Assembly (NCBI GenBank): GCA_036513335.1
Contig: DATBZG010000080.1
Location: 7,336 to 71,335, forward strand
Source: Solirubrobacteraceae bacterium
GTDB taxonomy: Bacteria; Actinomycetota; Thermoleophilia; Solirubrobacterales; Solirubrobacteraceae
Direction of reading: 5' to 3'
Length of the DNA: 64,000 nt
Shown here piece by piece: positions 16,416 through 23,266 of this stretch. Within the stretch, counting starts at the first letter, position 1. Every line of letters begins with the position of its first letter. Position numbers and translations under genes: made by a program. The notes under the pieces were generated by a model. It did no database searches, was not told where the DNA came from, and was given only the letters and a program-made list of their open reading frames with translations.

Positions 16416-18004
16416 GCGCTGCCGTCACCGGTGTCCTGCGCGAGCATCGCTGCTCGCCGCGCGGCGTGCTCGGCCATGAATGCGTCGATCACGCGCGGGT
16501 CGAACTGACTGCCGGCGCAGCTCTGCAGCTCGCGCAAGGCGTCTGCTTCGGATTTGGCTTCGCCGAAGGGGTGCTGGGAGATCATCGCGTCGAAGGAGTC
16601 GCATACGAACACGATCCTGCTGGCCAACGGGATCTCGTGACCGGCGAGGCCGCGCGGATAGCCGGCGCCGTCGTGACGCTCGTGCGTCGCCCCGACGATC
16701 TTGGCCACGCGCGCGAGCGCGGGAGCGGCGCTGAGGATGCTGGCGCCGATGATTGGGTGGCGGCGCATCAGCTCCCACTCGTGTTTGTCCAGCGGCCCAG
16801 TTTTGTGCAACACGGAGTAGGGAATCGCGACCTTGCCGATGTCGTGAAGCTCGGCAGCTCGGATCGCGTCTGAAAGGTCGGTGCCTTTCATGCCCAGACG
16901 CCGTGCCACGCCCTCGGTGAGCTCGGCGACGTGTGAGGCGTGCGCGTGCAGCACCGGCTCGTGCGCAGCCAGCAGCTGCAGCGCTAGATCGCGCGTCTGG
17001 CGCCCGGCGCTCGCGCGCCCGGAGTCCTTATAGGCGTACATGCGCTCGTCCGCCAGCTGTAGTGCGAGCTCGGGGTCGGCGGCCTCGGCGGGCAGCATCA
17101 CCGAGCCGTAGGAGCTCGTGATCGCGAAGCCTTCACCCTCTGCGCTCAGCGCCTGCAGGCAGTCGCCGACCATGCTCTCGCCGCAGTCGGAGCGGAGCAG
17201 CGCGCAGAACTCATCGCCGCCGAGCCGGTAGGCACGCCCGCCGCTGCCGACCGCCTGCTTGAACGCGCGGGAGAGGCGGCTCAGCAGCAGGTCGCCACCG
17301 AGATGTCCGAAGTTGTCGTTGTATGCCTTGAAGCCGTCGAGGTCGAACAGCAGCAGCCGTACGGGGTGATCCTCGGTGGCTTCCTTGGAGACGTCGTGCA
17401 GGTCCTCGGCCAGCTGTCGGCGGTTGGCAAGGCCTGTGAGCGGGTCGATCGTGGCCTCGCCGCGCTGGTGCAGCTCGGCCGTCTCCAGCGCCCAAACGAT
17501 CGAAACGACCGCGGTCAGCAGCGCGAGCGTGGTCAGGACGGGCACGGGGTCGTGAAGCGTCGAGCGCGCATCCACGCCGAGCGTCACCCCGATGATCACA
17601 GCGACGGTCAGCGCCAGACCGGCGATTACGACCTGCGGGCGAAAGCGCGCGGCGACCATCCCTGCCGGAAGCACCAGCCACGGCAGTGCGGGGCTACGCG
17701 GGCCACCACTCAGTACCACGCCGGCTGCGAGCAGCGCGAGCGTGAACAGGATCGCGCTGACGCTCACCCGCTCGGGGTGTGAGCTGCGCGCCATGCGCCG
17801 ATCCACGCTCAACAGGTTCAGTGCGGAGAGCGCGAACAGGATCAGCGTCCACCACCCCAGCCAGGGCGCGGAGATCAGAAGCGTCACTCCCACGGCCCCC
17901 GACCCGACGGTCCGGATCATGCGCACGCGCGGGCTCGCCTCGGTTACCCGCCTGCGCTCCTCCTCTGTGGGACAAAGCCAGCTCGCTGACATTTCACCAG
18001 CCAT
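16388..18004 (-). CDS. membrane-bound GGDEF + HD-GYP protein (diguanylate cyclase / c-di-GMP phosphodiesterase)
   Basis: About 5 TM helices, then YRLGGDEFCALL with no RxxD I-site upstream. The HD-GYP domain shows AELHDIGKVAIP and THERHDGAGYPRGL. The 3' end overlaps the iclR-like gene convergently by 28 nt. Confidence 0.9.
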   Translation of the reverse strand: MAGEMSASWLCPTEEERRRVTEASPRVRMIRTVGSGAVGVTLLISAPWLGWWTLILFALSALNLLSVDRRMARSSHPERVSVSAILFTLALLAAGVVLSGGPRSPALPWLVLPAGMVAARFRPQVVIAGLALTVAVIIGVTLGVDARSTLHDPVPVLTTLALLTAVVSIVWALETAELHQRGEATIDPLTGLANRRQLAEDLHDVSKEATEDHPVRLLLFDLDGFKAYNDNFGHLGGDLLLSRLSRAFKQAVGSGGRAYRLGGDEFCALLRSDCGESMVGDCLQALSAEGEGFAITSSYGSVMLPAEAADPELALQLADERMYAYKDSGRASAGRQTRDLALQLLAAHEPVLHAHASHVAELTEGVARRLGMKGTDLSDAIRAAELHDIGKVAIPYSVLHKTGPLDKHEWELMRRHPIIGASILSAAPALARVAKIVGATHERHDGAGYPRGLAGHEIPLASRIVFVCDSFDAMISQHPFGEAKSEADALRELQSCAGSQFDPRVIDAFMAEHAARRAAMLAQDTGDGSAQFVSSSRL

Positions 18005-18301
18005 TTCGTCCAGCGCTCGGGCAGCCTTGAGCAGTGCACCCGCCCGTTGGCCACTAGAGCTCCACGTACGCCCGGCAAGCCATTTCTGCTAGCCGAATCG
18101 ACGGCATACTCACAGCTCACGTTCACAGATGGCAGCCGAAAACTACCGCTTACATCATTGACACCACGATGTTGATATGTGATAAGCAAACTCAACATAT
18201 TTTTATTGTCAATAATGTTACGGCCACGCCACACGAGCCGATAATGGTGAAAGCTCACCGCGCGGATCAAGCAAGCGAGGGGCGCATCCGATACTGCCGC
18301 C

Positions 18302-21300
18302 ATGGGCAACGGACTGCTACCTCTTGCCTCGCCCCTGCGAGCGGGCGAGCGACGGGCTCTGGGCGTGGCCACCGCTCTACTAGTAGCGCTCGTCGCGGCG
18401 ACCGGTGTGCACGCCGCGTTCGGCATCGGCGGTCGCGCTGTGGAACAGCCGATCCGCGACTGGGTCACCTCGGCGATCTACATCCTCGTGGGCGTGCTCG
18501 TGTGCTGGCGTGCGGTGCGCAGTACCGAGGCGCGGCGCTCGTGGATGATCTTCGCGTTCGGCATCTCCATCTACGGCCTGGGTAACGTGCTGTGGGCCGC
18601 GTGGGTGGAACACCTCCCCAACCCGCCCATCCCCTCGGTCTGCGATGGCATGTGGCTGACGCTCTACCCGTGCTGCTACGTCGGCATCCTGGGGCTGGCG
18701 CGCGTCAAAGAGCGCCACGTTCCGGCGCGGATCTGGCTCGACGGTGTGATCGCAGGGCTTGGGGTGGCGGCGATCGGTGCGGCGATCGTGCTGCGCCCGG
18801 TGCTCGCAAGCGTCTCCGGCAACACTGCCGCGGTGATCACCGAGATGGCCTACCCGATCTGCGACCTGCTGCTGGCGGCGCTAGTCGTCGGTGTGCTCGC
18901 GCTGCGCGGCTGGCGCCTGGATCGGATGTGGGCGCTGCTCGGAGCCGGCTTCCTCGCGCTCGCCACCGCCGACTGCTTGTACGCGCTGCAGGTGGCGGGC
19001 GGCGCATCGGCGCCGAGCGCTGCCACGAACCTCGCATACGACGTCGGCGTGCTGGCGCTCGCACTCGCGGCGTGGCAGCCTGCGGCGGAGATCGAGGCCG
19101 ACCGCGTTCCGGGCGGCGCGGTGCTGGGGATTCCAGCGGCCTTCACCGCGAGCGCGCTCGGGCTGCTCGTCTATGACCACTTCATCCGTCTCGACCCGTT
19201 GGCGTTGGCGCTCGCGCTCGCCACGCTGATCGCGGCCTTCGCCCGCACCGGCCTCGCCTTCCGTGACGTTCGCGTGCTCGCGGAAACGCGCAAGCAGGCG
19301 CTCACCGACGACCTCACCTCGATGCCCAACCGCCGTCATTTCCTGCGGCGCCTGCGCGATGCCATCTCCGCCAGTCGCGCCGGCGACACCAGCCTCGCGC
19401 TGCTGCTGTTCGACCTCGACCGCTTCAAGGAGCTCAACGACACGCTCGGCCACGACGCCGGCGATCAGCTGCTCTGTCAGGTGGGCGAGCGGCTGCGCAC
19501 GATTCTGCGCTCGACGGACACAGCCGCACGTCTTGGCGGCGACGAGTTCGGCGTGCTGCTGTGGGGTCCCTGCGACATTGCGCGCGCGGAGCTGGTGGCG
19601 GACAAGATCCTCGCGGTCATCAGCCAGCCTTTCCCGATCAAGGGAGTGAACCTGCGCGTCACCGCCAGTATCGGCATCGCGCTCTTCCCCGAGCACGCCA
19701 CCAGCGACGAACAGCTGATGCAGCACGCCGACGTGGCGATGTACGAGGCCAAGAGCACTCAGTCGGGGCGCGTCTGCTACGCCAGTGAGCGCGACCAGCA
19801 CTCGCTGGAGCGCCTCACGCTTGCAGGGGAGATCTCCCGTGCGCTCAACTCTGACGAGATCGAAGCACACTTCCAGCCGAAGGCCGACGCCAGCAGCGGC
19901 AAGATCGTCGGCGTCGAGGCGCTGGTGCGCTGGCGCCACCCGGAGCGTGGCCTGGTCGGGCCGGGCGAGTTCGTCGCGGTGGCTGAACAGGCGGGCCTCG
20001 GTCGGGCGCTGACGCGCAGGATGCTGGAGCTGGCACTGGACCAGGTGAAGGCCTGGCGCGAAACGGGCATCTTCCTGCACGTCGCCGTCAACACAACGGT
20101 CGCCGACCTCCTGGACACCGAGTTCCCAGCAGAAGTCGCGGCGGCCCTCGCCGAGCGCGATCTCTCGCCGGATGTGCTCGTCCTCGAGGTCACCGAGAAC
20201 ATGGTCCTGTCGGACCCGATGCGCATCGGCGACGTGCTCGCGCAGCTCGGCGAGCTCGGGCTGGGCCTGTCGCTGGATGACTTCGGTACCGGCTACTCCT
20301 CACTTACGCACCTGAAGTCGCTGCCCGTCGGCGAGGTGAAGATCGACCGCTCGTTCGTCGCGCGCATGACCTCAGACCCGGTCGATGCAGCGATTGTCGA
20401 GGCGACGATCCAGCTCGCGCACAGCATTGGCAGCCGCGTCGTGGCGGAGGGCATCGAGGACCACGTTACGTGGAGCTCGCTGGTGGCCAACCGCTGCGAG
20501 CTTGTGCAGGGTTATGCCCTCTCGCGGCCGCTCCCGGCGGCCGCCCTGGAGGAGCTGCTGCGCGCCGAGCCGATCCCCACGGCGCCCGCCCGCATCGAGG
20601 TGGGCGCCGACTCCGCTTTTGCCCGCGCCGGTGAAGTCTCCCGGGACATCCCGGAGACGCTGCGTGAGCTCAGCGCGCTGAAGCGCTCGCACCCGATGAT
20701 GGACGCGGTCATCGACGAGATCGACGGGCGCATGATCCGCGTGGGCTCCAAGTGGCTTGCGGACTTCGCCTCGTGCAACTACCTCGGCTTCGATCTCGAG
20801 CGAGAGATCATCGACGCGGTGCCCGCCTACCTGGATGCGTGGGGCACGCACCCGAGCTGGTCGCGACTGCTGGGAAGCCCAGCGCCTTACGAGCAGATCG
20901 AGGAGCGCCTGACATCGCTGCTGGGAAGCCCCGACTCACTGGTGCTGGCGACGATCACGCACATCCACATGTCGGTGATCCCCGCGCTCGCCGCCTGCGG
21001 CACGATCTTCCTGGACTCCCGCTCGCACAAGACGATCTATGACGGCTGTCAGATGGCCACGACGCGCGGGGCGCGCGTGCAGCGCTTTCGCTTCGAAGAC
21101 CCGCAGCACCTGGACGAGCTGCTGCGCGCCGCACCGGGCGGGCGGCGGCTGGTGTGCATGGACGGCGTCAACAGCATGACCGGAAACGCCCCTGACCTGC
21201 CCGCCTTCGCGGCGGTGGCGCGCGCGCACGGAGCGCTCCTCTACGTGGACGACGCGCACGGCTTCGGCGTGATCGGTGAGCGTGGCCCGGACGAGCGCAG

Positions 21301-21946
21301 CCCGTATGGCATGCGCGGCAACAGCATCGTGCGCCACTGTGGCGAGACCTACGAGAACCTGATCCTGGTGGGTGGCTTCTCGAAGGCCTACTCCTCTCTG
21401 TTGGCGTTCATCGCGTGCCCGACCGAGATCAAGGAGATGCTGAAGGTCGCAGCGGCGCCCTACCTGTACTCCGGTCCCTCTCCGGTCGCGTCGTTGGCAA
21501 CCACGCTCGCGGGCTTCGACGTCAACGAGCGCCGCGGCGAGGAGCTGCGCGAGACGATCCACCGCCACACACGCCGCGTGCTCGACTGCCTGGAGCGCCT
21601 GGATGTGTTCACACCCAACTGCTCGGGTCTGCCGATCGTGGAGATCCCGCTGCGCGAGCACACGCGCATCGCCGCCGTCGGCCAGCTGCTGTTCGACCGC
21701 GGCGTATACGTCACGCTCGCCGCATACCCGCTGGTGCCACGCGATGAGGTCGGATTCCGCGTGCAACTGACCGCGGCCAACACGGATGCTGAAGTGGACA
21801 CGCTGATCGCAGCGCTGGAGGAGCTCGCGCAAATGGGCGAGCTGCAGCCGGCGAAGCGCCGCGCCGATGACGGAGATGCAGCGGCCGTCTACGGTCGCGC
21901 GAGCGTCCGCGCCGCCGTGCACGCGACACGCGCACCCGCAGCGTGA
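18302..21946 (+). CDS. four-part fusion protein: polytopic membrane sensor + GGDEF + EAL + alpha-oxoamine synthase (class-II aminotransferase fold, PLP)
   Basis: Uninterrupted 1214-codon ORF. RSTD I-site and GGDEF at 19535-19549; EAL at 19916-19924; DDFGTGYSS. The C-terminal ~400 aa carry NYLGF, DGVNSMTG, VDDAHGFGVIGERG and GGFSKAY (Lys at 21383-21385). Confidence 0.8.
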   Translation: MGNGLLPLASPLRAGERRALGVATALLVALVAATGVHAAFGIGGRAVEQPIRDWVTSAIYILVGVLVCWRAVRSTEARRSWMIFAFGISIYGLGNVLWAAWVEHLPNPPIPSVCDGMWLTLYPCCYVGILGLARVKERHVPARIWLDGVIAGLGVAAIGAAIVLRPVLASVSGNTAAVITEMAYPICDLLLAALVVGVLALRGWRLDRMWALLGAGFLALATADCLYALQVAGGASAPSAATNLAYDVGVLALALAAWQPAAEIEADRVPGGAVLGIPAAFTASALGLLVYDHFIRLDPLALALALATLIAAFARTGLAFRDVRVLAETRKQALTDDLTSMPNRRHFLRRLRDAISASRAGDTSLALLLFDLDRFKELNDTLGHDAGDQLLCQVGERLRTILRSTDTAARLGGDEFGVLLWGPCDIARAELVADKILAVISQPFPIKGVNLRVTASIGIALFPEHATSDEQLMQHADVAMYEAKSTQSGRVCYASERDQHSLERLTLAGEISRALNSDEIEAHFQPKADASSGKIVGVEALVRWRHPERGLVGPGEFVAVAEQAGLGRALTRRMLELALDQVKAWRETGIFLHVAVNTTVADLLDTEFPAEVAAALAERDLSPDVLVLEVTENMVLSDPMRIGDVLAQLGELGLGLSLDDFGTGYSSLTHLKSLPVGEVKIDRSFVARMTSDPVDAAIVEATIQLAHSIGSRVVAEGIEDHVTWSSLVANRCELVQGYALSRPLPAAALEELLRAEPIPTAPARIEVGADSAFARAGEVSRDIPETLRELSALKRSHPMMDAVIDEIDGRMIRVGSKWLADFASCNYLGFDLEREIIDAVPAYLDAWGTHPSWSRLLGSPAPYEQIEERLTSLLGSPDSLVLATITHIHMSVIPALAACGTIFLDSRSHKTIYDGCQMATTRGARVQRFRFEDPQHLDELLRAAPGGRRLVCMDGVNSMTGNAPDLPAFAAVARAHGALLYVDDAHGFGVIGERGPDERSPYGMRGNSIVRHCGETYENLILVGGFSKAYSSLLAFIACPTEIKEMLKVAAAPYLYSGPSPVASLATTLAGFDVNERRGEELRETIHRHTRRVLDCLERLDVFTPNCSGLPIVEIPLREHTRIAAVGQLLFDRGVYVTLAAYPLVPRDEVGFRVQLTAANTDAEVDTLIAALEELAQMGELQPAKRRADDGDAAAVYGRASVRAAVHATRAPAA

Positions 21947-23169
21947 TCGCCCGTTACCGCGCGCTGTTCTCGGTGCCGGGGTTCACTCGGCTGCTGGTCA
22001 GCTCAGTGCTCGCGAGGCTTCCTTCGGGCATGTTCTCGCTCGCGATCCTGCTGCTCATGCGGGCGCGCAGCGGCTCGTTTTTAGCGGCCGGAGTGGCGGT
22101 CGGCGCGTTCGCTCTCGCTGGGGCGCTGGCTGGCCCGCTTCTGGGTGCGCTGGTCGACCGCGTGGGCCAGACACGCGTGCTGGTGCCGGCCGCGCTCGCC
22201 CAGGGTCTGCTGCTCGTTGCGCTGGCGCTCGCCGCGCAGGACGGCGCACCGGTGACGGCGGTCGTGTCGCTCGCCGCGCTGGCGGGCGCCGTGCAGCCGC
22301 CGGTGGCGGGATGCATCCGCGCGCTGTGGTCGCAGCTGGCTGCAGACGAGCAGGCGCTGGAGACGGCATACGCGCTGGACGCGACGACGCAGGAGGTCAT
22401 CTGGACGCTCGGGCCGCTGCTGGTGGGCTCGACGGCCGTGCTCATCTCACCGGCGGCGGCGGTGCTGGCGTGCGCTCTCTTCACCGTCTGCGGCACCGCG
22501 TTCTTCGCCGCCTCAGAGCTGTCCAGCGGCTGGCGTGCGCAAGCGCGGGAGCGCTCGCGGGGCGGTGCGCTGGCGAGCCCAGGGCTGCGCGCGCTGCTGG
22601 TCACGGTGACGCTCGCGGGCGTGGTGATCGGAGCAGTGGAGGTGGGCCTGACAGCGCTGGCGGTCACGCACGACGCGCGCTGGGCGGCCGGCCCGCTGTT
22701 GGCGCTGTTCAGCATCGGCAGCATGGCGGGAGGGCTGATTTACTCCGCTGCTCGTTGGCGGCGAGCGATCGGGCTTCGCTACGTGGCGGTGCTGCTGGCG
22801 ACGGCGGTCGCGGTCTCGCCGCTGGTCGCCGTGCACGCACTCGCAGGCGCCTACCCGCTGGCGCTGCTGGCGGGCATGGGTGTGGCGCCGCTGCTCTCCT
22901 GCCAGTTCTCGCTGGTGGGAGCGCTCGCGCTGGCGGGCGCCCAGACGGAGGCGTTCACGTGGCAGCGCGGCGCAACGATCGCGGGGATGTCCGTCGGCTC
23001 GACGCTCGGCGGATCTCTGATCGACATACACGGGCCCGCCGGCGCATTTGCGCTCGGGTGCGCGGGTGTCGCACTGGCGGGAGCCCTGGCGATCCTCTGG
23101 CGCGGGCGGATCGAACCAGCACCGCGCGAGCCGGAGACGACCGGCGCACTGGAACTGGCCCACAGCTGA
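21943..23169 (+). CDS. MFS transporter
   Basis: GTG 21943 overlaps the upstream stop (GTGA). 408 aa with about 12 TM segments and an MFS-type N-terminus (FTRLLVSSVLARLPSGMFSLAILLL). Confidence 0.85.
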   Translation: MIARYRALFSVPGFTRLLVSSVLARLPSGMFSLAILLLMRARSGSFLAAGVAVGAFALAGALAGPLLGALVDRVGQTRVLVPAALAQGLLLVALALAAQDGAPVTAVVSLAALAGAVQPPVAGCIRALWSQLAADEQALETAYALDATTQEVIWTLGPLLVGSTAVLISPAAAVLACALFTVCGTAFFAASELSSGWRAQARERSRGGALASPGLRALLVTVTLAGVVIGAVEVGLTALAVTHDARWAAGPLLALFSIGSMAGGLIYSAARWRRAIGLRYVAVLLATAVAVSPLVAVHALAGAYPLALLAGMGVAPLLSCQFSLVGALALAGAQTEAFTWQRGATIAGMSVGSTLGGSLIDIHGPAGAFALGCAGVALAGALAILWRGRIEPAPREPETTGALELAHS

Positions 23170-23266
23170 CTGCTGACGGATCCCAATGGACGCTGACAGC
23201 GTCCGAGCGTGCGTCCAGCGCTGCGTTCAATACTCAACCTCAATCGAGTTATTCCGATACGGACGA

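Noticed and set aside
18881-20080. Long antisense or out-of-frame ORFs in the track. Examples are 18881..20080, 20936..21922, 21867..23348, 21954..22724, 23249..24916, 13076..14359, 28107..28952, 28124..29221, 32215..33312, 32675..33832, 33842..35161, 34783..36000, 37013..37984, 38910..40445, 59026..59871, 59657..60754 and 60857..61858.
   Set aside because: Each lies entirely within a gene that has recognisable family motifs in another frame. Their products are dominated by Arg/Ala/Gly/Pro, as expected for non-coding frames of very GC-rich DNA. None shows a domain signature or a sensible SD.
20696-21946. The alpha-oxoamine-synthase region as a separate gene starting at the in-frame ATG-ATG 20696.
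   Set aside because: No stop codon separates it from the EAL domain, and no SD precedes 20696. The sequence as given therefore encodes the fusion. The possibility is kept as a caveat in the finding, because an additional internal initiation cannot be excluded from sequence alone.
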